NCBI GenBank assembly: GCA_038209995.1
Contig: JBBQXD010000003.1
Coordinates: 89,079-153,078, forward strand
DNA length: 64,000 bases
Direction of reading: 5' to 3'
DNA from: Candidatus Limnocylindria bacterium
GTDB taxonomy: Bacteria > Chloroflexota > Limnocylindria > QHBO01
Position numbers and translations under genes: made by a program. The first letter of the stretch is position 1; every line of letters starts with the position of its first letter. The notes beneath the pieces are model-generated. The model worked only from the letters and a program-made list of their open reading frames with translations. It made no database searches and had not been told where the DNA came from. Below are positions 8,402 to 16,840 of the stretch, in pieces.

Positions 8402-9007
8402 TCAGCGGCGGCGGTCGCTGTTCTTGTCGGCCCAGGGCTCGAATGAGCCTCCCTGCTCGCGCAGGGTCGCCTTGTAGGCTCGCTTCTTCGCCTGATAGTC
8501 GGCGAGCGCCGCCGGCGAGTCAACATCGCCGAGGGTCGGATAGTTCGGGAGCCGCTCGTCGGTTCCCGGCGGTCGGATGCCGAGCCGGAGGGCGAGGACG
8601 GCGAACAGGGCGCGGACCTTCATGTCGCCGAAGCCGGGCAGCGCGCCGATCCGCCGCTGGAGATCAGCGGCATCGGTCGCATCGGTCCAGACTCGCGATG
8701 CATCGCCCTCGTAGACGGTCGCCACGTGGGCAGCCAGCTCATGGACCCGCTTTGCCATCGCGCCGGGGAAGCGGTGGATCGCCGGTGGACCCTTGGCGGC
8801 TGCCAGCAGCGCCGCCTCGTCCACCGCCGCGAGCCGCCGAGCGTCGAGCGTGCCGAGGCGGGCAAGCAGCACCTTCGGGCCGGAGAAGGCCTTCTGCACC
8901 GGCACCTGCTGGTCGAGCGCGAAGCCGATGAGGAGCGCCATCGGGTCGCTGACGAGCAGCTGGTCGGCCTCGTCGTCGCCGGTGAAATGAAGCCGATCGG
9001 TGGTCAT
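8402..9007 (-). CDS. HhH-GPD superfamily base-excision-repair-like protein
   Basis: N-terminal pattern LHFTGDDEADQLLVSDPMALLIGFALDQQVPVQKAFSGP and a helix-hairpin-helix-like region, typical of uncharacterised HhH-GPD proteins. Start at the internal Met (MTTDR). Confidence 0.5.
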   Translation of the reverse strand: MTTDRLHFTGDDEADQLLVSDPMALLIGFALDQQVPVQKAFSGPKVLLARLGTLDARRLAAVDEAALLAAAKGPPAIHRFPGAMAKRVHELAAHVATVYEGDASRVWTDATDAADLQRRIGALPGFGDMKVRALFAVLALRLGIRPPGTDERLPNYPTLGDVDSPAALADYQAKKRAYKATLREQGGSFEPWADKNSDRRR

Positions 9008-9063
9008 GATCGGCCCATCGTACGCCCGCTCTGGCGCGGCGAGGGCGCTGCCCCGTGGCCCAT

Positions 9064-9507
9064 TCACGAGATGTCGCCGAGGTAGATGACCGACAGGTGG
9101 CGGCTGCCTCGCAGCGACCGATCATTCGTGACGAAGGCTGTCGCGCCTGCCGCGCGGGCGGTCGCCAGATGGATTGCGTCCGCCAGGCTGACCTTGCGCA
9201 GCCCTCGGATGATCGCCGCCTCCACTGCCAGATCCGCCGTCAGGGGGTGGATCCCTAGGCCCGCGATCGAACGAAGCTCGTCGGCATAGCGTTCGACCAG
9301 GGCAGCGTCACCGGATCGCGCCGGCCCGGTCGCCAGCTCAGCCAGCCCGATGCTCGCCATCACGCCCCCGACCTCGCCTGCCTCGATCGCATCGACCAGC
9401 GCCTGACCGATGGCAGCGAGCGGCTGCACACCCTCCAGGAGATAGATCAGGACATTCGCATCCAATGCGATGCGCCGATGGTGACGGCAGAGCTCGCCGA
9501 TGGTCAT
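9064..9507 (-). CDS. vapC: PIN-domain ribonuclease toxin VapC
   Basis: IALDANVLIYLLEG (N-terminal acidic PIN motif) and SLADAIHLATA ... FVTNDR. Overlaps the upstream antitoxin by 4 nt. Confidence 0.75.
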   Translation of the reverse strand: MTIGELCRHHRRIALDANVLIYLLEGVQPLAAIGQALVDAIEAGEVGGVMASIGLAELATGPARSGDAALVERYADELRSIAGLGIHPLTADLAVEAAIIRGLRKVSLADAIHLATARAAGATAFVTNDRSLRGSRHLSVIYLGDIS

Positions 9508-9758
9508 CGCCCGAGGCGATCCAGCCGCTCCTCCCATTCGTCACGGAGAGCCCGCACATACGAGACCGGGTCAGGGGGGTACATGCCGCGCCCCAGTCCG
9601 ATCAGCCGCTCGGAAGCACGACCGGCGCGCGGTGTCAGGACGACGCGCCCGTCCTGGATCTCAACCTCCAGGCGGTCGCCGGCCTTGATCCCGAGGGCGC
9701 GGCGCGCCTCCGACGGAACGACGATCTGGTGCTTAGCACTGACCTTGACGCTTAGCAT
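9504..9758 (-). CDS. vapB: AbrB/MazE-type (SpoVT/AbrB fold) antitoxin VapB
   Basis: 84 aa with a swapped-hairpin motif (KHQIVVPSEARRALGIKAGDRLEVEIQDGRVVLTP). Placed immediately upstream of vapC with an ATGA overlap. Confidence 0.7.
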   Translation of the reverse strand: MLSVKVSAKHQIVVPSEARRALGIKAGDRLEVEIQDGRVVLTPRAGRASERLIGLGRGMYPPDPVSYVRALRDEWEERLDRLGR

Positions 9759-9900
9759 GATGCTGAGGCTAAGCGCTGCGGCGCGCGGCCGTCAATCGGG
9801 TCTTTGGATCAGTGACTGGCACCAGCCCTTCGATTGGTGTACCGCACGGCGCTAGGATGTGACCCCATCCGCCACGAACCCTCCGAGGGAGGCACCAATT

Positions 9901-11280
9901 TTGCGCACCCTGATCACCGGTGGAACCATCGTCAACGCCGATGCCACGACGAGGGCGGACCTGCTCGTTGACGGGGAGCGCATCGCCCTCATCGGTACCG
10001 ATCTCGCCGTCACCGCCGACGTCACCATCGACGCGACCGGGAAATGGGTCATCCCCGGGGCGATCGATGTCCATACCCACATGCAGCTGCCCTTCGGCGG
10101 CACGTTCGCTAAGGACACCTTCGAGACCGGCACCCGTGCCGCTGCCTTCGGTGGCACCACCACGATCATCGACTTCGCGGTCCAGCCCCGCGGCGGCTCG
10201 CTGCGCCAGGGATTGGACGCCTGGCACGAGAAGGCCGATGGAAGGGCGTGCATCGACTACGCGTTCCACATGATCGTCAGCGACGTGCGCGACGACGTGC
10301 TCGCCGAGATGGACAGCCTCGTCGACGAGGGGGTGACCAGCTTCAAGCTGTTCACCGCCTACCCAGGCGTCTTCTACAGCGACGACGGCGCGATCCTCCG
10401 GGCCATGCAGCAGACCGCGAAGAACGGCGGCCTGATCATGATGCACGCCGAGAACGGGATGGCGATCGACGTCGTAGCCGGACAGAACGTGGCCGCGGGA
10501 CACACCGATCCGTACTACCACGGCACGTCGCGGTCGCCGGTCTTCGAGGGCGAGGCGACGAACCGCGTCATCCGCCTTGCGGAGGTCGCCGGGTCGCCGG
10601 TCTACATCGTCCATCTCTCGGCGCGCGAGGCGCTCAACGAGGTCCGACGGGCACGGGCCGAGGGGCTGCCGGCGTTCGCCGAGACGTGTCCGCAGTACCT
10701 GTTCCTGTCGCTCGAGGACATGGGCAACGGGTTCGAGGGCAGCAAGTTCGTGTGCTCGCCTCCACTGCGCCCCGCCGATCACCAGGAGGAGTTGTGGACG
10801 GGGCTCCGCCGAGACGACCTGCAGGTCGTCTCGACCGACCATTGCCCGTTCGACTTCCACGGTCAGAAGGAGATGGGACGCGGCGACTTCCGAAAGATCC
10901 CGAACGGCCTGCCGGGCGTCGAGAACCGCGTCGACCTGCTTCATTCCGGCGGCGTGCGCGAGGGACGGCTGACGCCGAACCGATGGGTGGAGGTCATCTC
11001 CGCCGCGCCGGCGCGGATGTTCGGCCTCGCGCAGAAGGGCGCCATCGCGGCCGGCCTCGATGCCGACATCGTGGTCTACGACCCGGGCCGCGCCCACACC
11101 ATCAGCGCCGCGAGCCACCACATGGACGTCGATTACTCGTGCTACGAGGGCTGGGAGGTCACCGGCGGCGCGGACATGGTCATGAGCCGCGGCAAGACGA
11201 TCGTGGATGGTGACGCGTGGAAGGGCGCCGCCGGCGATGGCCGCTTCGTGAAGCGCCAGCGATCCGTGCACCTCCGCTGA
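9901..11280 (+). CDS. dihydropyrimidinase / D-hydantoinase (cyclic amidohydrolase)
   Basis: Metal-binding HTH (IDVHTHMQLPFGG) and DFAVQ. The carbamylated-Lys region and later motifs (HLS, DHCPF, HxxAE) are collinear with hydantoinases. TTG start (LRTLITGGTIVN) with GGGAGG 8 nt upstream. The track ORF starts at 9859. Confidence 0.8.
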   Translation: MRTLITGGTIVNADATTRADLLVDGERIALIGTDLAVTADVTIDATGKWVIPGAIDVHTHMQLPFGGTFAKDTFETGTRAAAFGGTTTIIDFAVQPRGGSLRQGLDAWHEKADGRACIDYAFHMIVSDVRDDVLAEMDSLVDEGVTSFKLFTAYPGVFYSDDGAILRAMQQTAKNGGLIMMHAENGMAIDVVAGQNVAAGHTDPYYHGTSRSPVFEGEATNRVIRLAEVAGSPVYIVHLSAREALNEVRRARAEGLPAFAETCPQYLFLSLEDMGNGFEGSKFVCSPPLRPADHQEELWTGLRRDDLQVVSTDHCPFDFHGQKEMGRGDFRKIPNGLPGVENRVDLLHSGGVREGRLTPNRWVEVISAAPARMFGLAQKGAIAAGLDADIVVYDPGRAHTISAASHHMDVDYSCYEGWEVTGGADMVMSRGKTIVDGDAWKGAAGDGRFVKRQRSVHLR

Positions 11281-11367
11281 TCGGTTGCCCCGATTGCGTA
11301 TCCTTCGGGGGCCGACAACGGTCCGAGCACAGGCTGCGCTGATCGGCTGCTACGAGAACTGCCCAAC

Positions 11368-11985
11368 GTGACCACCAGACTTGCCTCGCGCGGCCTGATC
11401 GCCGCGCTGGCGCTCGCCCTCGCCGCCTGCTCCTCCGGCGGCACATCGTCGAGCGCCTCGAGCTCCGCATCGACCTCGGAGAGCACCGCCGCGTCAGCGA
11501 GCAGCGAGGCCTCCCAGAGCGCGGGGGAGTCGACCGGCGCCCGGTCGTCGTTCGGCATCAACGGCGACCCGGAGCTCAGCCAGCGGCTGCAGACCGCGCT
11601 CGGCTCGAATGGCAACGTCGTCAGCATGCGCGGCGACCAGTTCCTCGCCGCTGGCGCGGATCAGAGCATGAAGGACTTCCTCGCTGGCGTCGGCGCGCAG
11701 ACGTCCGACATGTCGATCGCGTTCGCGGCCACAGCGGATGGGCTCACCGTCTACGCCATGCGCATCCTCGGCACGAACGAGAGCCAGCTGCGCGACAAGT
11801 TCGGCGCGACCGTCGGCAGCGGGATGGGCGGCACGCAGGAGACGAACGTCGGCGGCAAGAAGGTCCTGAGCATCACGAATCCGACCACCCCATCGAACTT
11901 CTACCTGTATTTCAAGGACGACACCGTGTACTGGATGATGGGCCGCGAGGCTCAGGCGGCGACCATCCTCTCGAAACTCCCGTAA
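11368..11985 (+). CDS. lipoprotein, hypothetical (Ser-rich linker)
   Basis: Signal peptide and lipobox (LALALAACSSG), then a poly-Ser/Ala/Glu low-complexity linker and a globular C-terminal region. Confidence 0.55.
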   Translation: MTTRLASRGLIAALALALAACSSGGTSSSASSSASTSESTAASASSEASQSAGESTGARSSFGINGDPELSQRLQTALGSNGNVVSMRGDQFLAAGADQSMKDFLAGVGAQTSDMSIAFAATADGLTVYAMRILGTNESQLRDKFGATVGSGMGGTQETNVGGKKVLSITNPTTPSNFYLYFKDDTVYWMMGREAQAATILSKLP

Positions 11986-12047
11986 CGAACCGAAGCGCCT
12001 GGCGCAGCGGACGCGTCGCGCCGGGCGGACCGGCCCCACCGCCCCGC

Positions 12048-12950
12048 GTGACCGGCTCGCCACTCCCGCGCCCCGCGGCAGTCGTCCTCAACGCGGCCGC
12101 CGGGACCGCGACCACCGACCGCACCCGACGCATGGTGGAGCTCGTGCGCGCCGGCCTCGATGCCGACCTCGTGACGGTCGCCACCCGGGATGCGGACGAG
12201 CTGGCGGCCCTTCTCCAGGATCGGCTGGGCGGCTACCAGACGGTCATCGTCGCCGGCGGGGACGGCACCCTGAGCGTCACCTACAACGTGCTCGCCGGCT
12301 CGGCGGTCACGATCGGCTATCTGCCGGCCGGCTTCGGGAACGCCACCGCCCACCTCCTCCGCCTGCCGCGCGATCCCGAGGCGATCGCGGCCACGGTGCT
12401 CACCGGTGACGCCCGTTCTGTCGACCTGGTCCGGGTCGGCGGCCGCCTGGCACTCTTCGCCGGCACCGGCTGGGACGCCCACGTCGCCGGTCGCTACGCC
12501 GATGCCGGCGCGAAGGGGACCCGCGGCTGGCTGCGTGCCATCGGCGGCGCCGTGCCGAGCCTGTTCCGCCGCCCCATCGTGCGGCTCACCGTCGACGGCA
12601 CGGTCGCGCATGAAGGACCAATGGAGCTGCTCGTGGCATCCACGACGCCCTACTTCGGCCGCGGCCTGCTCGTGAACCCCGGGGCGCGTTCGCAGTCCGG
12701 CACGATGCGGCTGCGCGTCTACGGCGGTCCGGCCGCCATGCTTGCCCTCGAGGCCGTGCGGTGGGCAGCGCGCCGTCTTCCGGCGGCCGTCCCGGTCGAC
12801 GGTTCCGCGGCGGAGCTCGAGGTGATCGAGGCATCGGGCAGGGGCGTCCCGCTGCAGGTCGACGGTGATCGCATCGGCACCGAGCGTACCTGGCGCTTCG
12901 AGCTCGCGCCCGCCGCCGTACGTTTGATCGGGAATTGGCGGGGCGGATGA
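12048..12950 (+). CDS. diacylglycerol kinase catalytic-domain lipid kinase (YegS/DagK family)
   Basis: DAGK_cat motifs: VIVAGGDGTLSVTYNVL and IGYLPAGFGNATAH. Confidence 0.7.
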   Translation: MTGSPLPRPAAVVLNAAAGTATTDRTRRMVELVRAGLDADLVTVATRDADELAALLQDRLGGYQTVIVAGGDGTLSVTYNVLAGSAVTIGYLPAGFGNATAHLLRLPRDPEAIAATVLTGDARSVDLVRVGGRLALFAGTGWDAHVAGRYADAGAKGTRGWLRAIGGAVPSLFRRPIVRLTVDGTVAHEGPMELLVASTTPYFGRGLLVNPGARSQSGTMRLRVYGGPAAMLALEAVRWAARRLPAAVPVDGSAAELEVIEASGRGVPLQVDGDRIGTERTWRFELAPAAVRLIGNWRGG

Positions 12951-13106
12951 TTCGGTCGTGGTGCGTTGTGGCACCGCGACCCGCGGGACCCTTGCGCCGC
13001 GGATCACCGGGTCGTATGTTCACGGCACGGGCGGACCGGTCACCGCGCACGGGCATCTGCCGAATCTGAGTCGTTGACACGCGGGCATCTTTAGGAGGGC
13101 ACTAAT

Positions 13107-15035
13107 GTGCTGAGACGATTCGTGACGTTGCTTGCCGGGATGGCATTGCTGGCGGGGCTGGTCGTCCCAGCCAGTTCCATCGCGCTCGCCGCAGGTGGCG
13201 CCTCGCGCCAGGTCCCGGCAGCGGGCACGACCAGCATTCGGGGCGCTGCTCCGGGAGCCGCTGGCCCTGCCCAGCCGGAGCTCCGTCAAGGTGCCGGAGC
13301 GGAATCCGGAGTGGGCAAACCATCCGGTCGCGGCAAGTTCCCACCCAAGCCGCTGAACCCGCCGGTGGTCTCCTCGAGCGCGGTTGCGCGCTCGAATCCC
13401 GAGATCCTGCTCAGCTTCGCCGGTCTCAACCACTTCGACCAGCGGACCGCCAACGGCGGCAACCAGTTCTCGCTGGAGCCGCCCGACCAGGCCCTGTGCG
13501 TGGGCAACGGCTTCAGCGTCGAGTCCGTCAACAGCGTGCTGCGGGTCTACAGCAGCGCGAGCGGCGCTCCGCTGACCGGTGTCCAGGATCTGAACACGTT
13601 CTTCAAGTACCCCGCAGCATTCAACCGCACCACCGGGTCGGTCGGGCCCGATGTCATCGACCCGGTGTGCCACTACGACCCCGACCATCAGCGCTTCATC
13701 GTCGCGGTCACCACGCTGCTCGTGAACAGCAAGGGTGACTACAACGGGCGAAACACCATCGACCTTGCCGTGTCGAACACCGGCGATCCAACGGGCCTCT
13801 GGACGATCTATCACGTTCCGGCCCAGAACAATGGGAAGCAGGGAACACCGAACCACCACTGCGACCTGGGCTTCTGCTTCCAGGACTACCCGCATATCGG
13901 TGGTGACGCGAACGGCATCTACGTCACCACGAACGAATACTCGACGTTCGGTGCCGGGTTCAGTGGCGCCCAGATCTTCGCGTTCTCCAAGGCACAGCTC
14001 GCCGCCCATTCGGCGGCCCTCACCGTCACCACCGTCGAGAACCTGAGCGTCAAGGGCATCCCGGGCTTCACCGTCTGGCCAGCGACCTCGCCGGCCGGTC
14101 AGTACGCCACGGTGGCCAACGGCACCGAGTACTTCCTCAGCACCATCGCGGGGGACGGGTCCGAGACCGGGAATCCGACCGGCACGGCGAACCGCGTCGC
14201 GCTCTGGGCGCTCACCAACACCGCCTCGCTGAACACCGCGGCGCCGGCCGTCCACCTCACGTCAGCGCTGATCAACAGCGAGAAGTACGTCTTCCCGCCC
14301 ACGGCCGACCAGAAGCCCGGGAATACGCCACTCCGCGACTGCATCAACGACACCAAGACGCCCACGCCATTCGGTAAGGGTTGCTGGCAGCTGTTCTTCG
14401 ACGTCGAACCGGCCCACAACGAGGTGCTTTCGCACCTCGACGCTGGCGACACTCGGATGCAGCAGACCTGGTACACGAACGGAATGCTGTGGGGAGCCGC
14501 CTCTACGGCCGTGAAGGTGGGCGGCGAGGTCAAGGCAGGCATCGCCTGGTTCGCGGTGCAACCATCGATCAACAGCAGCGGCCAGGTCGCTGGAAAGGTG
14601 ACTCGACAGAGTTACATGGCGCTCGCCAACAACAACCTCACATATCCGGCCATCGCCATGGGGACCAATGGCCGGGGAGTCATCGCCTTCACCGTGGTGG
14701 GCGAGAGCTACTACCCCAGCGCCGGCTACGCGACGATCACCGCCAGTGGCGCGGTGGGACCAATCCACGTGGCTGCGGCGGGCAAGGGGCCGTCGGACGG
14801 CTTCACGAGCTACAAGGCGTTCGTCGGCGATCCGCCGCGCACCCGCTGGGGTGACTACGGCGCGGCGGTGACCGACGGCTCGAGCATCTGGATCGCATCC
14901 GAGTGGATCGGCCAGAAATGCACGTACGCGCAGTACTATCCCGCGCCGCCAAGCCTCGCCGGGTTCGGCACCTGTGGCGGCACGCGGACGAGCCTCGCGA
15001 ACTGGGGTACCTACGTGACGAAGCTCACTCCGTAG
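13107..15035 (+). CDS. secreted protein, hypothetical (642 aa)
   Basis: GTG start with TAGGAGGG 8 nt upstream. Cleavable signal peptide (MLRRFVTLLAGMALLAGLVVPASSIALAAG). No recognisable catalytic motif; several Cys pairs. Confidence 0.55.
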   Translation: MLRRFVTLLAGMALLAGLVVPASSIALAAGGASRQVPAAGTTSIRGAAPGAAGPAQPELRQGAGAESGVGKPSGRGKFPPKPLNPPVVSSSAVARSNPEILLSFAGLNHFDQRTANGGNQFSLEPPDQALCVGNGFSVESVNSVLRVYSSASGAPLTGVQDLNTFFKYPAAFNRTTGSVGPDVIDPVCHYDPDHQRFIVAVTTLLVNSKGDYNGRNTIDLAVSNTGDPTGLWTIYHVPAQNNGKQGTPNHHCDLGFCFQDYPHIGGDANGIYVTTNEYSTFGAGFSGAQIFAFSKAQLAAHSAALTVTTVENLSVKGIPGFTVWPATSPAGQYATVANGTEYFLSTIAGDGSETGNPTGTANRVALWALTNTASLNTAAPAVHLTSALINSEKYVFPPTADQKPGNTPLRDCINDTKTPTPFGKGCWQLFFDVEPAHNEVLSHLDAGDTRMQQTWYTNGMLWGAASTAVKVGGEVKAGIAWFAVQPSINSSGQVAGKVTRQSYMALANNNLTYPAIAMGTNGRGVIAFTVVGESYYPSAGYATITASGAVGPIHVAAAGKGPSDGFTSYKAFVGDPPRTRWGDYGAAVTDGSSIWIASEWIGQKCTYAQYYPAPPSLAGFGTCGGTRTSLANWGTYVTKLTP

Positions 15036-15051
15036 CCTCGTCCGACCATGC

Positions 15052-15083
15052 GAGAGAGGCCGGCCGGCGTGCCGGCCTCTCTC
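15052..15083. terminator. bidirectional intrinsic-terminator-like hairpin (GAGAGAGGCCGGC / GCCGGCCTCTCTC)
   Basis: Perfect 13-bp inverted repeat with a 6-nt loop, 17 nt after the + gene stop. It overlaps the stop codon of the convergent cinA gene. Confidence 0.55.
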
Positions 15084-16215
15084 ATGTGCGCGGGGCGGTG
15101 AGCGCTCTGCGGACCGCATCCAGCGCGGCGTAGGCAGCGCGGCGCTGGCGCTGCGGGCCGCTGCCGTGGATCGAGAGCTCGACCATCGGAACACTGATGA
15201 CGCCGCTCAGCGCGACGTGAACGCGGCTTCGACCATGGACGCCTGCCTCGAGCAGCGAGAGCTGCAGCACGGCGTCCGCGAGCGGCACGGCCGCCAGCCC
15301 GCCGACGTCGAGCATGCCGCCGACATAGGTCGCGGCGCGGTCGACCACGTCGGCGCCGGCCAGGATCGCGAGCAGGGCGCCCTCGGTATCCGCCTCCCAG
15401 GAGGCGGCTGAATCGGCACCGGCGGCGCCGAGCGCGGCCAGCGCCACGGCGCCGAGCTCGTCGGCATCGGTCCCCCAGGCGTCGTCGTCGAGCGCGGCGA
15501 GGCAGCGGTCGACGAGCGCGTCGAGCGGCGCGTCATCGTCGCGTGACGAGAAGCGGAGATGCACGCCGTCGTCGCGGGCGTAGATGCCGGCCTCGATCTC
15601 GGTCCCGGGGTGCTCGAGCATGTCGCCGAGCAGATCTGCCACCCGGGACTCGCCGAGGCCCCAGGTCTTCACGGTGCGTGTGCGGAGTGGCGCGAGCGCG
15701 AGGCGCCCCCGCAGCCGAGGCACCACCTCGTCGCCCCACATGCGGCGCATCTCGGACGGCACGCCCGGCAGGAGCACGCAGACCGATCCGTCGCGGTCGA
15801 CCCACCAGCCCGATGCCGACCCGATTGGGTTGGCGAGGAGCTCCGCGGACGCGATGCGCATCGCCTGGCGGAGGTTGCTGGCAGGGAAGGCGCCGAGCCC
15901 GCGCCACCGGGCGCGGAGCGCGCGGGCCAGCTCCGGGTCCTCGGCGAGCGGCTCGCCGAGGGCGTCGGCCAGCCCCTCGCGGGTCAGGTCATCGTGGGTG
16001 GGCCCGAGGCCGCCGGTGGCGACGACGAGCACCGTCTCGGAACGCGCCATTGTGAATGCGGCCGCGATGACGGCCCGGTCGTCGGGGAGTGCCCGGATCC
16101 CGCGCAGCTCGACGCCGAGCCGCGCGAGCTCGGCGCCCAGATGCGCCGCGTTCGTGTCGACCGTCTCGCCGCGCAGGATCTCGCTGCCGATGCTGAGGAT
16201 CTGGGCGGTGGCCAT
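15082..16215 (-). CDS. cinA: CinA family protein (MoCF-biosynthesis-like N domain plus nicotinamide-nucleotide amidohydrolase-like C domain)
   Basis: N-terminal AQILSIGSEILRGETVDTNAAHLG and C-terminal CinA domain (SGGLGPTHDDLT ...). 377 aa. Confidence 0.75.
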   Translation of the reverse strand: MATAQILSIGSEILRGETVDTNAAHLGAELARLGVELRGIRALPDDRAVIAAAFTMARSETVLVVATGGLGPTHDDLTREGLADALGEPLAEDPELARALRARWRGLGAFPASNLRQAMRIASAELLANPIGSASGWWVDRDGSVCVLLPGVPSEMRRMWGDEVVPRLRGRLALAPLRTRTVKTWGLGESRVADLLGDMLEHPGTEIEAGIYARDDGVHLRFSSRDDDAPLDALVDRCLAALDDDAWGTDADELGAVALAALGAAGADSAASWEADTEGALLAILAGADVVDRAATYVGGMLDVGGLAAVPLADAVLQLSLLEAGVHGRSRVHVALSGVISVPMVELSIHGSGPQRQRRAAYAALDAVRRALTAPRT

Positions 16216-16330
16216 TCAGGCGACGCGGTCGCGCAACGGGAGGACGACCTCGTCGACCAGCCGCCGCAGGCGATCCGGACTCGACGGGCCGGTCTCGAAG
16301 TCGATGCGCATCGCTGCAGTCTACGGCTGA

Positions 16331-16370
16331 GGCCGCGCCGGCCGCGCCGGCCGCGCCGGCCGCGCCGGCC
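16331..16370. repeat. tandem 9-nt microsatellite (GGCCGCGCC) x about 4.4
   Basis: Perfect copies in the divergent intergenic region between cinA (-) and the F420 operon (+). Confidence 0.8.
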
Positions 16371-16426
16371 ACATCGGGCTACGATGGTCGCTCCGAAAAA
16401 CAGAGCGCATCTTGTTGGAGACCCGA

Positions 16427-16840
16427 GTGGCAGAGACGATCACGACGAGCACGGTCCTCGGCCCCGCACTGCGGGAGTGGCTCATCGCCGAGCTCCGGTT
16501 CCCAGTGATGGCCACCATTCGCAGCGACGGCATGCCGAGCCAATCGGTCGTGTGGTTCGACCTCGACCCGCAGGACGACAACTCAATCCTCCTCAACACG
16601 AAGGCGGGGAGGGTCAAGCATCAGCACCTGCTGCGGGACCCGCGGATCAGCCTCTGCTTCGAGGACGGCTACGACTACGTCACCCTCGAGGGGCGGGTCG
16701 AGCTCGTCGACGAGCCGGTGCAGGGCCTGCGGGTCATCCAGGACCTCGCCCGTCGCTACGACGACGATCCATCGGTCTTCGACGGCCAGCAGCGCGTCAC
16801 GATCCACATGCGCATCGAGCGCGTGATTCGGCATGACTGA
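16427..16840 (+). CDS. PPOX-class (pyridoxamine-5'-phosphate-oxidase-like) probable F420-dependent enzyme
   Basis: Split-barrel pattern (PVMATIRSDGMPSQSVVWFDLD ... SILLNTKAGRVKHQHLLRDPRISLCFEDG ... YVTLEGRVELV). GTG start with GGAGA upstream. The track starts at 16412. Confidence 0.65.
   Translation: MAETITTSTVLGPALREWLIAELRFPVMATIRSDGMPSQSVVWFDLDPQDDNSILLNTKAGRVKHQHLLRDPRISLCFEDGYDYVTLEGRVELVDEPVQGLRVIQDLARRYDDDPSVFDGQQRVTIHMRIERVIRHD

Noticed and set aside
9769-11271. 500-aa ORF on the minus strand, antisense to the dihydropyrimidinase gene
   Set aside because: Arg/Ala/Gly/Pro-rich translation with no motifs. This is the typical shadow ORF of a GC-rich coding strand. The plus-strand gene has strong family signatures.
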